Positions 13,365 to 26,638 of a stretch of DNA of 64,000 nucleotides are shown in pieces; the first letter of the stretch is position 1, and every line of letters starts with the position of its first letter. The notes under the pieces were generated by a model, which was not told the DNA's origin, ran no database searches, and was given only the letters and a program-made list of their open reading frames with translations. The position numbers and the translations under genes were made by a program. The DNA comes from the human T2T-CHM13v2.0 reference genome, Homo sapiens: the NCBI RefSeq assembly GCF_009914755.1, contig NC_060925.1; one strand, 5' to 3'.

Positions 13365-13522
13365 ACTGGGAGCTATAGCCGTGAGTGTCTATGAAGGACA
13401 GGCCCAGCCACTCCTCCTCCTGCAGGGGGCTCTGGTCTGTGAAGCTCTGGTCCATGGTGCTCATCATGTGGGTCCTCTCCTGGCAGTAGTTGACAGTGGC
13501 CTTGGTCTCGTTCATCGGCTTC
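13365..13522 (-). pseudogene. PTPRU: PTPRU-like 158-nt juxtamembrane exon
   Basis: CAG acceptor and GTGAGT donor. Encodes [52 protein letters not shown], versus recalled PTPRU [52 protein letters not shown]. Confidence 0.92.
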
Positions 13523-15389
13523 CTGCGGGGTGGGGGTCGGGGGTTGATGGGAGACATAGGTGCTGTGTGGGGCCGGACAGTGCTCAGAGGTGGGTGGAGA
13601 GGCCCCAAAGTCAAGGGTCTTGAGGCCTGGAGCCAGCAGCTGTCCTGGAAGCATCTCTGGATGCTGAAGGGCTCCGCCTCCAACCTTCACTCATCAAACC
13701 CAGAGAGCTGCTGCCTCCCCAAAATGGGGCTGGCAGGGTGCCTGTCCTGGGGACCTTTGCTGAGGGCAAGGCATGGAGCAGCAGTGACCTCAGGCTGGGA
13801 TCCTGCTTCTAGGTCTCACTGGCCCCATGGGCTCAGAAAATGGGAAGGAAAGCCTCTCCAGGCCTACTTTGGTGTCACAGCAGACAATTCCTCTGCCTCC
13901 ACTGCATCCCAAACTGGGAAGGTAGCTGGCCTGGCTCCAGCCACAGTGTGTCCCCACCTCCATCCCCTTCCCCGTCATCCATTCCAAAGACCTACAGTCA
14001 AGTTGATTTTCTCTAGCTGTGGGAATGGGCTGTGTGAAGCCATCCTCCCTCCTTCTTAGTGACCGAGGTCTGGCAATAGCCCGGTTGGTGGGGAGTTTCT
14101 TGTAGGCGGAGGCTGAGCTCCAACCTGGGCCTTTCAGTTCTGTGCGCATTTCTCCAAGAAGCCACCAGGCCTGGGCCCATCGCCAGCTACAAAGGATATG
14201 GAACAGAAATCCACCCAGGGTCCATCTTCCCGCCAGCCCCAATCAGCCCATCCAGCCCCCATCCCCAGTTAAGACCAAGTAGCAGGGGAAGAAGGTGAGA
14301 GGCCCCAGTCCCTCCACTGGAGGGACAGAGCTTCTGGAGTGGCTTCTAGGCAAGGGCCCTGCATGGCCCAGGCTTCCAGGCCCAGTTTCATGCATGAGGA
14401 CAGCAGTTTGTGATCCTGGAAAAACTTGGAGGAAACTGGGAGGGAGAGAAGGAGGTGGAGAGGTAGGAGACAGCTCCATGATCAAGGGTCCAAGAAACAG
14501 GCACAGGGGAAACAACTTGGGACTCTTGTCAAGGCTGGAGATGAGCCCGAGCGGCCCAGTCACAGGGGAGGCTCCAGAGGAGAGAGCTGTTCACCTGTTC
14601 GGCCCTAGAGCATGCAGGATGCAGGGTAGACCTGAGAAAGGACTTCCAGGTTATGCGGGCTCAGGGACACTTACCATCCATGGGGACAGGGAGGCCAATG
14701 AAAGAATCTTCCTAGACAAACTTTAGCCAGCCTGTCCTGGGGCAAGGGAAGGACAGGATGACCTCTGGATGCCTCTCCTGCTAGGACCAGGTTGTCCTTC
14801 CTGCGATAAGGAGATGGCTCTGTGTCCCCACTGGGACCACTGCTGTTGGGCACTGAGGAGGGCACAGCCTTCCCAGCCTGGATGGGAGAGGGCTCGCCAG
14901 GCCCAGGCCTCTTACCTTTGGTCCCTGCCAGGCTCTGGGCATCGCCCTCACTGTGGCCCAGGGCGGAGCCAAAGCACCCTTTGGGGGCAGATGAGGAGCA
15001 GCCTCTGTGGCTGTGACCTTGACCACCTTGAGTGGGGAAAGGATCAGGGGCAGACAGAGAAGGAGAAGGGGAGGAGAAGAGAGAAAAGGACAATAACAAG
15101 GAGAGAGAGAGAGATGGGGAAGGGGACAGAGAGAGAGGGAGGGACAGGCCAGACACAAAAAGCTGTAGGGAGGACAGACAGGGCCATGGACAGAGGACAG
15201 CCAGCCAGGCTGTCTGAACATGGAGGCAAGAGAGGACCCGTCAGTGAGCAGATGCTGGCCTAGAGGGCGTTCTCCAGGGGTGTGCCACAGGTTCTGTTCC
15301 CAGCCCAGGACTCCTGGCCTACCTGGAAGAAGAGCTACAGAAACAAACCAACCCGATCCCCAGAAGATGGAACCTGGGAGGGACACCTA

Positions 15390-15620
15390 ACGCTGTTGGC
15401 GTCGGGCTGAGCTCAATGCGAGATTAAGCAGATGGAATTTAATACAGGTTCTTTGAAAAGTTCTGCATCTGGTTTTGAAAACTAACCGCACAAGCAGCAG
15501 GGAGGGAGAGCTGCCTGTCCACAGCCCCTGCAGGAGCTGAGCTGGAGGCTCAGTGTGAGTCACTGGGTGTTGAGTTGCTGCAAAAGCTCATGTCGGGAAA
15601 CAGCAAGGTAAGGAGCAGTC
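15390..15620 (+). mobile_element. CR1/L3 LINE fragment
   Basis: agatggaatttaatac…aaagttctgcatctgg resembles the CR1 RT C-terminal MKFNxxKCKVLHLG coding segment. Confidence 0.55.
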
Positions 15621-16202
15621 CAGGGAGGAGGAGGTGAGAGACCTGCCATCCTTGGGGGCTAGCCCAGTTCCATCTGGGCCTGCTCTGCGAAGTAGGGAAA
15701 ACCAGCACTGATGTGGGAGGAATGTTCTGGAAGGCTTGCAGATTAGGAGAAGACAGAGACAGAAGACAGAGTAGCATCGGCAGGCTGTGGAGTCAGCAGG
15801 GGCCTGGGATGTGTCCCAGCTCTGGCACATTCTGCGACCTCCCACAAGTCCCTTGGCCTCTCTGAGCCTCAGTTTCCTCATCAGTAAAGTGGGAGTGATA
15901 AGAGCTCCTATTGTCAGGGCTGTCATGAGGATTCTGGGTCCAGAACTGAGCACAGGGCTTGGCCCAGAGGAGGTGCCCAGGAAGTGGTGGGTCTGCAGAG
16001 CTGGGGCTGCCTGGCTGGAGAAGGGGCTCATGGGGGATCTGAGAGTCGTCTGTGTTGTGAACAGAGCTGCCAGTGTCGGGACAGGTCCACCCTGCCCTCG
16101 TGCATGCAAGCACACACGTGCACACAGGCATGGACTCTAGAGTGGGACCTGTGTAAGGATGGTCCTGGATGTGGATTTGGTAGGTGGTGAGAACGTCCTT
16201 CG

Positions 16203-16492
16203 TTTTTCATTTTTTTTGAGACGGTCTTGCTGTGTTGCCCAGGATGGAGTGCAGTGGCCAGAACACAGCTCATTACAGCCTCAACCTTCTGAGCTCAGGT
16301 GATCCTCCCACCTCAGCCTCCTGAGTAGCTGGGACTACAGGCATGCACCATCACGCCTGGCTAATTTTTCTATTTTTTTGTATATACGGGGTTTTGCCAT
16401 GTTACCCAGGCTGGTCTCAAACTCCTGGGCTCAAGCAATCTGCCTGCCTTGGCCTCCCAAAGTGCTGGGATTACAGGCTTGAGCCACTGTGC
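16203..16492 (-). mobile_element. AluJ
   Basis: Full antisense Alu with J-type diagnostic sequence (ggctcaagcaatc). Confidence 0.9.
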
Positions 16493-16826
16493 TCTGCAGG
16501 ACGTCCTCCTGACCACAGGGAATGGTTCAAGGACATAAGGGACTGCCCCTGTGGTGGAAAGGACATTGAGACTGAGGGAGGAGAGGTGAGTTGCCCAGGG
16601 CTACTCAGCAGAGTCAGCTCCAGCACTGATGACCATGACTTGAGGAGGAAGAGGCAGAGGGGAGGGACAGAGCAGAGGAGAGAAAGTCAGAGGCTGAGGT
16701 GGCCATGGAGAACAGGGCAGACACCAGGCCAGGTGCAGCGAGCCCAAGCCCAGCCAGAGAGAGCGGGGGTGGGAGATCTCCCCCTAGGTGGGGCTGTGGA
16801 CTCCCAGGCCAGGTGGAACTACTTAC

Positions 16827-16856
16827 GGGTAGTAGGAGTAGGCATAGTGGTCTCTC
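16827..16856 (-). pseudogene. PTPRU: PTPRU-like 30-nt juxtamembrane microexon ([10 protein letters not shown])
   Basis: Minus strand reads GAGAGACCACTATGCCTACTCCTACTACCC|GTAAGT after a pyrimidine tract. The acceptor dinucleotide is GG (…ctgctgg). Confidence 0.88.
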
Positions 16857-17139
16857 CCAGCAGTGTGCAAAGAGAGAACAGCACAGTCGTGTCCGAGGTC
16901 CGTCCACCAAGGCCGGGCTGAGGCAATGCCCACGCAGGAGGGTGGGGCCTGGGTGCTTCCTGTGCTGGGGTGGGGGCTGACCGGGGACTGGACAGGTCAG
17001 AAAGACCTTCCTGATCTCCCAAGGACTAGCTGGGCTCAGACATTAAGGACCAGCACCCAAGGCCCTTCTGGAACCTTCTGCAAGCCTACTGTAGGAGTGA
17101 GGAGGAGGTGCGGGAAAGGGCCTGGGGGGTCACAGAGCT

Positions 17140-17392
17140 TCCACACAGAGTCATATACACATGTATACACAGAAATAAATACTTACATAAACAGACACAC
17201 ATGTAGATATACACTCAGATGCACTCATACACAGAAAAGCACACACTGACACACACTCATATGCACTGACAAATGCAGACACGCACAGGTGCAGACATGC
17301 ATACACATGTATTCAAACACACTGACACACATGCAGACATACATTCACAAACACACACACACTTAACACCCCCCGACCCACACACTCACACT
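17140..17392. repeat. Degenerate (CA)n repeat
   Basis: Visible CA-rich tract. Confidence 0.85.
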
Positions 17393-17693
17393 CGAGGGTA
17401 ACTGTGCTCACCTAGGGCTGCTGTCACCCCTGCAGACAGCCTTCCGCTTTCCCTCCCTGCAGGCCTCTCTGCCCCTGAGAGGTCAGCCCTTTGCCTGCAC
17501 CTCCACCTGGGTGGGGACAGAGAGTGGGCAGAGTGGAGATGACTCCACTTGGACACCCAGGATAAACCTCGGGCCTGCCCTCACCCACCCTGACTGCCCC
17601 TGGCTGTGGGATCCACTAAAGGAGCCATGCCATCCCTTCCAGGGGCTCCTGGAACACAACTTGGGTCAGAAGCCCTATGCTACCAGAAAGCAC

Positions 17694-19044
17694 TGTCAAT
17701 GAAAATAGTCAACCTCTGTAAAATATTTTTAAAGAGGTTTATTCTGAGCCAAATTTGAATGACCATGGCCTGAAGCACAGTCTGGAAAGGTCTTGAGAAC
17801 ATGTGCCCAAGGTGGTTGGGTTATACCTTGGTTTTATGTTTTAGGGAGACTTAAGACATCAATACATGTGAGGTATACATTGGTTCAGTCTGGAAAGGTG
17901 GGACAACTCAAAGGCGGGGAGGTCATAGGTGGATTCGCAGATTTTCTGATTTGCAATTGGGCAATTGGTTGAATGAGTTAAGTTATTATCTAAAGAACTG
18001 GAATCAATAGAAAGGAGTGTCTGGCTTAAGATAAGGAGTTGTGGAGACCAAGGTTCTTATTATGTAGATGAAGTCTCTTAGGTGGCCACCCTTAGAGGCA
18101 GTAGATGGCAAATGTTTTCTATTCAGACCTTTAAAAGGAGTTAGACTCGAAGCTAATCTCTTCGGGATCAGAAAAAGACCTGGAAAGGGAAAGGAATTCT
18201 CTACAGAATGTAAATTTCCCTCACAAGAGAAGCATTGCAGGGCCATTTAAAAATATGTCAAAGAAATATATTTTGGGGTAAAATATTTTGATTTCTTTCA
18301 GTGTCTGTTATCTGTCATGTGATGCTACACTAGAGTCCGTTTGGAATTCGATATTTTATTGCTACAAAGAGTCTGTTTTGTAAGCCTTAAGATCTCTATT
18401 TTAATGTTAATGCTGGCCAGCTGTGCTGAATTCCGAAGGGAGGTGGGAATAATGAGGCATGTCTGACCCTCCCGTTCCATCATGGCATTAACTAGTTTTT
18501 TAGGTTTCTTTGAAATCCCCTTGGCTGAGAGGAGGGTCCATTTAGTAGGTTGGGGGGCTTAGAATTTTATTTTACTTTATTTTTATTTTGAGACACAGTC
18601 TTGCTCTGTCACCCAGGCTGGAGAGCAGTGGCATGATCACAGATCACTGCAGCCTCCTGGCTCAAGCTGTCTTTCCACCTCAGCATCCCAAGTAACTGGG
18701 ACTTCAAGTGTGCACCACTATGCTTAGAAAACTTCTTAATTTTTATTTTATTTTATTTTTTGAAACAGGGTCTCATTCTGTCACCCAGGCTGGAATGCAG
18801 TGGCGTAATCATGGCTTACTGCAGCCTTGACCTCCCAGGCTCAGGTGATCCTCCTGCCTCAGCCTCTTGAGTAGCTGGGACTACAGGTGTGTGTCAGCAT
18901 GCCCAGCTAACTTTTTGTATTTTTTGTAGAGATGAGGTTTTGACATGTTGCCCAGGCTGGTCTCGAACTCCTAGGCTCAAGTGATCCCCTCCTTCAGCCT
19001 CCCAAAGTGCTGGGATTACTGATGTGGTTTATTTTTGGTTTACG
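17694..19044 (-). mobile_element. ERV1 MER4-family solo LTR interrupted near one end by two AluJ elements (~18575-19025)
   Basis: tgtcaatgaaaatagtcaacctctgtaaaatatt…gagaacatgtgcccaaggtggttggg. The terminus ggggggcttagaattttattt[Alus]ttggtttac resumes after the Alus. Confidence 0.85.
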
Positions 19045-19564
19045 TCACCCACAGTGTACAGCAAGCTGATTCCCATTTCGCAGATGGGGAAGCTGAGTCA
19101 TGGGGAGTCATGGGCTGCCCCAGGCCTCTCTGGAGGTCAGTGGCAGAGGCCCTAGGCCTCTGGATGCCTGTCCCAAGACTCTGGCCCCTGAACCTCCTCT
19201 GTGCCCCCTCCTGAGGCCCTGCCTAGGCTTGTTTCAGGGTCCTTCATTCACTTGCCCCCCACATCATGCCATCAGCAGGAATTCCAGAGCATGGCCTTTC
19301 ACAGGAAACTCTATAGATTGAGGGGATGAGAGTGGAAGACTGAGGCCAGCAAGGGCAGGAGATTGGCCCCAGGTCACTCAGCACATCTCCAACCCAGGGA
19401 GAGAAGGAGAGGATCCAGGGTGCTGGAGCTGGTGGCAGAGGTTTGGGTGGGGGTGGGGTGGATGAATGACATAGCATGATGTGGTGGGCTGGACAGATGT
19501 ATGGAGATTTGGCAGACCTGAGTCAGTCCTAGCTCTGCCTTGAACAATATAGAAGTTATTTTTA

Positions 19565-20103
19565 TAAAAGATAAACTCAGATCCTACTTTTCTTCCCTTG
19601 CCTAAAACCCTTCACTGGATTCCTGGCGCTCTTTGAATGCAGTCCACAGGCTTTCCTCTGGCTCGGGTGGCCCCAACATGGTCCAGCCCCTGTACCTTGC
19701 TGCTCCTCTCTGCTCCAGCCACACAGCACTTGTGTTTCCCCATCTTGGGGCCGTTGCACACGGAGTCGTCTATACCTGCATTTTCTCTCTCTTCTCTTTG
19801 TGCCTTCAGTCTCAGCAGAACCTTTCTTGATTCCCCCCTTCCACCCACCAAATGAATCTCCCTCTGTTGTCCTCACTTCTGGCCTCCTGCTCTTTTCCTT
19901 TCCAGCACTTACCTCAATTGGTAATCATCCATTCATCTGTGTTCTTTCTTGTTTAATACCGCTCTCCTCTCCAGCCTATGAGCTATGCAAGAGCAGAATG
20001 CCTGCCTGTTTTCCCAGCCCGGATCCTCGGTACCCAGGACAGTGCCTGGACCATTGTACAGACTCTATAAATATTTGTTGAGTTAGCTGATAAATGAATG
20101 AAA
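19565..20103 (+). mobile_element. L2 3' region
   Basis: aaaacccttcactgg…ataaatatttgttgag…aatgaatgaa. Confidence 0.75.
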
Positions 20104-21638
20104 GAATTTTGCTCCTCTGAACCCAGCGTTTCCTCCTCTGAAAAACATGGCTATTTATTATTCTGCCCATCAGGGGCTGCTGTGAAACATGAATAATGGT
20201 AAGCATGCCCACAGCAGGTGCACTATGAACACTAGTTCATTCCCCCTCCTCCCTCTCCTGAACTTGCCCTCTCCAGTGAAACAGGACTCCAGGCCCAGGC
20301 TGTGAATTGCTCTATCCCAGGTGGCTCAGAGCAGCTGTCTAATCAAAGTGTGTTGAATTGAACCGAAGTCATCGGCTCCTGCCCATCCATTGACTTGTGT
20401 TGACTGAGCAGCTGTCAGACACTGGGTCCACACAGCCTATAATCCAGAACCTTTCCTACTTCACAGAGCTCTCAGCCTGGGGAAGAGAAACAATGCGAAG
20501 TGTTAAAATTACCCAATCACCTACTGCAGGGTGTGAGGAGGCTGCAGGGAACTCAGCACAGGTGACAAGAGATGGGCTGGGGTTCCGTCCCTCACCTGGA
20601 ATTATCTCCGGGGGCAAAGGGTTGAGGGTGCCTAATACTACCTCGCCCCTGACTCTGCATGTGGGAGCTCCCACAACCAGGGCTCCTTCAGAAGCCGAAA
20701 CAACTCAGAAGCTGCAACCTTTGCTTTGAGCTAAAAAAAAAATAGCAGAAAGGCTTAGAAAATTCTGGAAGGGTTGACCTTGTGCCCTTCCCTCCAGGTC
20801 ACCAGGAATGCGTGGAGTTCCCTCCTGCCTCTGGGCAGCCAACTGGAGCCCTGTTGTCTCTGGGTCTCCATGCCCACTCTGATTTGTGTTCCTCGGTTCT
20901 GATGTCTGTGTTTCTGTTTATTTTTTCTCTTTATTGAATGGCCTTTTGCTGCATGCTCTTCCAAATCCTCTGTGGAACAAAGCCCAGAGTAAATAATTGA
21001 ATGCTTACACATTTAAATATTTCCAGTGTTGGCCTTGGTCACGTCTCTGCATGTGACATCCCATACTGACAGCCTCTGCTCTGGGAAGCAGAAATGCCTT
21101 TGCTTTCCTCTTGAGCTGTTTCTTTCGAGCTTACAAGTTGCAGGGAGTCACCCCAGTGTCCCGGGATTTGGGCCACATGGGCTCATTCCTGTCTCTAGCC
21201 CAGGCCCTTTTCAGTCTTCCTTTCTCCAGGCTGAGGTCAGGCTGTCCTCAGACCCAGCTACCACCCAGAAGCAATAATAATGAAAATTAGCTAGCTATGA
21301 ATAAAGTGCATCTTAATTTGGAATGATCCCCATTTTGCAGGTAGGGAAAGAAAGGCTCAGAGAGGTGACGGGAGATGCCCAAGGTCACACAGCAAGGGTC
21401 TCCTCTCTTCTTGAGGCTGTGCTGCTTTCCCCCAGAAAGCCCTTACTATACTCCTGACTCTTGCCCACAGGACCCCCGGGTGGTCAGTGGAAATTGGTGT
21501 GTGGGAGGTGGCAGAGCTGGGATGCAAACCTGGTCTTAGAAAAGCAACCCACATTTGTTGAGCGTACAAAGGGTGTGTGGGATGTGAGCATGTGGGGTGT
21601 GTGCATGTGAGCAAGTGTGTGTGATTGTGTGGGGTCAG

Positions 21639-21840
21639 TGTATATCTTGGTCAGTTCAGGCTGCTATAACAAATACCATTGACTGGGGGGTTTAAACTAC
21701 AGACATTTACTTCTCACGGTTCAGGAGGCCGGGAACCTCAAAATCAAGGTGTCAGCCAACTCTGTATCTGAGGAGGCTCTCTTCCTGGTTGGCGGATGGC
21801 CGCCTTCTTGCTGTATGTATCATCACATGGCAGAGACAAA
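21639..21840 (-). mobile_element. MLT1A/B LTR fragment
   Basis: tgtatatcttggtcagttcaggctgctataacaaataccattgactggg. Confidence 0.75.
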
Positions 21841-22909
21841 GATCATCCCAGCTCTGCCATCTCCCAGCTGTCTGACCTTGAGAAAGTCATTTTCCCTCTC
21901 TGTGCCCATATCCATGGCCTAAAATGGGGTCAGTGCTAATACAGTGCCACAGGTTGTTGTCAAGATCAAATGGGACCATGGGTGAGTAAACACAATGAAA
22001 AATGCTTGCTAAGCTGTATACTGACCTGCTGCGCCAAACTCAGGACACAGTAGAGTGCCATGAAGACAGTGGTGTTGTCTAGGCTCTGCCGCTCCACCCA
22101 CCCCGCCCCTGTCCAGTGTCTCTCCTGAGTGCTCCCCCAGCCCAGCCCCCTGAAGCTGGAGCTGTCAGGAATGAGGGTGCTTCATCATGTACTGTGCTAC
22201 TGTGTGGGAACATCTTCAGGGAGAGAGGGGATGGGGTAGGGAGAAGCGGGAGGAGGTTGGGGGTGCCAGCATCTGCCCATAGAATTGCTCTTTCCAATCT
22301 AGAGCACGCCATAAGAGGGAGGTGAGGGGGGCCCCCTACTGTCCTTATGAAAGCCCCCCAAGCCCATGGAGTGTAAGGAAGTGAGGACCTGGATGTGAGC
22401 TCAGCCCCAACCCTGGCAGCTGCCCACCAGCCTCTGACTCCGGGCTCCGCCCTCTCCCCATCTAATCCCTGTCCTGCTCTACAGCGACCCTGAAAAACTC
22501 CTTCACCACTCACTGTGTCCCTTCCTAGACCTCTGGGACCTACAGTGGCTCCTGCTGCTCCTCTCTGGGTCCCCGGGCCTGCCTCACCTTTGTACGTGCT
22601 GTTTCCTCTTCTGTCACCTCCACTTCCCCTCCCCGAGCTCCTGTGCCTCCCTGAACTTCTCCAGTCCCAGCTCTGCTGTCTGCACTGTAAGTGACAATTC
22701 ACTCCTCTGTCCTTCCCATGGGATCGGAAGCCCCTTGAGAGCTGACTCTGCATCTGGCCACTCTGTTTCCCTAGAGTGCAGGGTGGCACCTGACACCTTA
22801 GTCAACATTTATTGAGTGCTGACTGTGTGCCAAGACTGTGCTCAGCCCTTTACAGACATATATTAATTAACGTAAGATGACCTTCAAGGACATATTGGAG
22901 ACAGGGTGG

Positions 22910-23260
22910 GGTTGGGCTGGGAAGAAAGACTTGAAGGCCAGGTGGATTTGGATCTGGCTCTGCATTTATTGGCTGGGTGATCTTTATCAAGTTACCTAAG
23001 CTCTGGGTGCCTTACTTTCCCATGTAAAATGGAGGTAATGATATTATCCATCTCATGGAGCTGTTTTGAGAATTTAAAGAGTGAATATACATAAAGGGCT
23101 TAAAATAATGTCAGACACAGTTTAAGGGTTGGCTATTACTATTGTCCACATTTTATAGATGAGGAAACTGAGAGTGGGAAAGTCACTTACCTGAGCTCTC
23201 AGCAATGAGGTGGTAGAGTTAGAACGTGAATCCAAGATCTACCTGACCCCGAAGCACTCC
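22910..23260. mobile_element. Two MIR fragments in opposite orientation
   Basis: MIR core tttcccatgtaaaatggaggtaatgata, then ccacattttatagatgaggaaactgag. Confidence 0.7.
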
Positions 23261-24523
23261 CCTTAATGATTGCAGCAGGGCCTCAGGGCCTTCGACCTCT
23301 TTAGCCTCAGCGTCCCCATCTGTAAGGTGCAGGGGCTGGAGGGGAGGATGCCTAGAGTTCCAGTGCTAACACTCTTGCCTTTGTGAGATTCTCGGTGGGG
23401 ATTCGAGACTTGGAACGCGTCTTGAAAGCAATGGGCTCCCCTTGTGCTTTCAGGACAGGATCCCGTATACAGCCCCTGGATGCATGGCAGATTTCTGGTA
23501 GGCAGGTTGGCTTGAAGTGAAATGGTCCGGATTTAGCAGGTGAGGCTTTGGAGGAGATGCTTCCATAGGGGCCCCCAGTGCGTGCTGAGACAGGCTCCAA
23601 TAAACCTGTGGTGAGAAGTCACAGGCAAAACATGCAGGAACGTCTGCTTCTGCAAGAGGCCAGCTGACACTGTCCCCTTCAGAGCTGGAGCAGCTGGTGC
23701 AGACCCTGTTTTCTGCAGAGGACCCTGGGGCAGGGTGAAAGCCCTGAGCTGAGATGGGAGAAATCAGATTCTACTTGGGCGGGGTGGAGGGGCCGCTACT
23801 GTGTGCCTGGGGCTTTCCGAACCCTGCCCCATTATTACCCCTCACCCTCTGCAGGTGGTGACTTCCCAAATCCAACTACCCCTTAACATCTTCCCTAACC
23901 TGACTCAGGGTCCCCACTCCATCTCTCCTCAGCATTTCAGCAGCCTCCTCCCTGGGTGCCTGTTGCAGCCCATGCAGATCACACAGATCACATCAGACAG
24001 AAGCTCTTCCCCAAACCCAAGTCAGGCCATGTCACCTCCTGGCTTCCCATCGCCCTCCTACGCTGGCAGACGTTGACCCTTGTGGTCTGCTGCCTTGCCT
24101 CTCTCTACACCTGCTGACCTCCTTGCTCCTCTGGAAATGCACCAAACTCATCTCCACTGTGGGTCTTGGTCACTTGACGTCCCCTCTGTCAGGGAGGCTC
24201 TGAGTGTCACCTGCCTGGCTCTGTTGTTTTGTCTTTCTAATATCAGCCTAAATGTCACCACCTCAGTAAGGCCCTCTGGGATCTAAAGGAGCTCTGCCTC
24301 CCAGCGCTGGTGCTTTTAGTCCATCTCACAGTTTCCTTTTTAGGCTCTGTGCTGTGCACAGAGGATACAGCAGCGAGCAGGACATGTCCCTGTTCTTGGG
24401 TCCTTGTGGGTCCTGTTGATGAGTAATGATGAGAACTTTAGTTTCCATTGATTAGAAGGATGAAAAGAAAAAACGAGAAAAAAATAAAAAGAAAAGGGAT
24501 CATGAGGACCAATATTAGCCAGG

Positions 24524-24525
<2 letters not shown>

Positions 24526-24574
<49 letters not shown>
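24526..24574. repeat. (CA)n microsatellite, ~24 units
   Basis: Perfect AC run. Confidence 0.98.
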
Positions 24575-24576
<2 letters not shown>

Positions 24577-26323
24577 ACTATGAAAAAAACAACTGGTTGT
24601 GCCACACAGGAAGCACATGGGTTGCCATGGAAACAGGTAATGGGGCCCTCACCTATTGTGGGGGTTAGGGAGGGCATCCCTATTTCTGTCTAAGAGTAGC
24701 ATTAAAATATTGAAAGGATGGGGCTTTCATTTCCTCCAAGATAGAGTCTCCATAGTCCTTTCAGGTCTTCCCCATGACAACTAAAAAGCCATGGACATAA
24801 CCCAGCAGTAGGCACAGGAAGGCTGAAGGACAGAGGAAAGCAGACTGTCTAGATGCTCAGAATGTGAGGAATGGCACGGTGGCAAGCTCTCTGCCTTTCC
24901 CTATTGCTTCCCTTATATCCTAGGACAGAGTGCTGCATAAGCCCCCAACCCAGAATGGCCAACAGACACAGACCTAAAAAGCACCAAGAAAAACCTGTTG
25001 CTCTACGCAGAGGACTGGGAAAAGGGAAGCCAAAGGAGGAAATATTTTTGTCAAATCCTGCCCTACTCCAATACCAACAGAAAAGCTGCTCTTCTCCCAC
25101 TCCTTCTGCCCTGCAATTTGAGCAGGATCGAGCAGGAAGCTGATGTTCCATCCATCCCCACTTCCGCTGCATGTAGCAGACATAGATGCTCTGACTCCCC
25201 TGCCAGGGTGGTGTCAGCAGGACCAGCCATGAGCTGAACCTCCACTTCCACCTGGCAGCAGTGAGACTTAAGGGGGTAATGCACTGTGGGGCTATTTACA
25301 CTTGACACTTTCAACCTCATCCAACTGGCAATCATCAGTGTGTCCAGAGAGAAACTGCCTGCACCCTAATCTGGCATCCATAAAGCAGAACAAGGTGATA
25401 GGAAGTAGGGCTGGTTGGCACTCTGCTTCCTTCCCGTCCCTCTCCTGGTGTCAGTAGGGCCCAGTGGGAAGCTGAGTTTCTGCTTCTACCCTGCAGCAAT
25501 AAAGTGATGTGAGTCAGCCCTCACCTCCCTCCACCCCTGGTGTCAGTAGGGCATGGTGGGAAGCTGAGCTTAACACCTCCATTCAGAGGCAACAGGGGAG
25601 TAGAGCTGAACCCATCTTTGCAGGCAGGCCCAAGGGGAGCAGAACACACATATCCATCTGGCCCTCTCATTAAAACTGTGGGAAAAAAAAAAGAATCTAG
25701 AGTCTTACAATATTCAAAATGCTCAGAATACAATAGAAAAATAATCACTTATCATACCAAGAATAGGAAAATCACAACTTGAATGAGAAAAGATAATCAA
25801 CAGATGCCAACATTGAGATGAATCACATGTTGAAATGATCTAACAAGGACTCTAAAGCAGCCATCATAAAAATGATTCAATAAGCAATTATGGATGATCT
25901 TGAAACAAGTGAAAAATAAAACATTTCAGCAAAGAAATAGAAGTAATAAAAAAGAACAAAATGGAAATGATGGTTCTGAAATATACAATGACCAAATAAA
26001 AAACTCAATGAATGGCTCAACAGTGGAGATGATGGAGGATGGAACCAGTGAACTTGAGGAAAGATCAATAGAATTTACCCAGCCTGAAGAACAGAGAGAA
26101 AATAGACCTAAAAATAAAACAGAAAGTCTCAGAGACCTGTGGACATCAGCACAATAGCTCTCAGTCTTATTATTGGAGTCTCAGAAGGCGAGGAGAGTGG
26201 GACTGAAAAAGTATTTGAAGAAATAATGGCTAATACTCCCCCAATTTAGAGAAGGACATATACCTAACGATTCAAGAAGCTGAATAAACCGTTAAGTAGT
26301 ATAAATCCAAAGAAATTCATGTC

Positions 26324-26638
26324 GGCCCGGTGTGGTGGCTAATGCTTGTAATTCCAGCACTTTTGGAGGCTGAGGCAGGTGAACTGCTTGACTGCAGGAG
26401 TTTGAGACCAGCCTGGACAACATGCTGAAACCCCATCTCTTTAAAAAAACACAAAAATTAGCCAAGCATGGTGGCACCAGCTTGTAGTCCCATGTACAGC
26501 CATGCCTGTAGTCTCAGCTTTTTGGGAGACTGAGGTGGGAGGATTGCTTGAGTCTGGGAGATCGAGGCTACAGTGAGCTGTGTGTGTGCCACTGCACTCC
26601 AGCCCAGGTGACAGAGTGAGACCCTGTCTGAAAAATAA
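26324..26638 (+). mobile_element. AluJ in L1 with TSD aagaaattcatgt
   Basis: Alu body flanked by the repeated aagaaattcatgt. Confidence 0.9.

Noticed and set aside
25440-25575. Repeated cctggtgtcagtagggc…gtgggaagctgag unit (CRISPR-like spacing)
   Set aside because: Only two clear copies, within an old L1 5' UTR where tandem monomers are normal; eukaryotic DNA.
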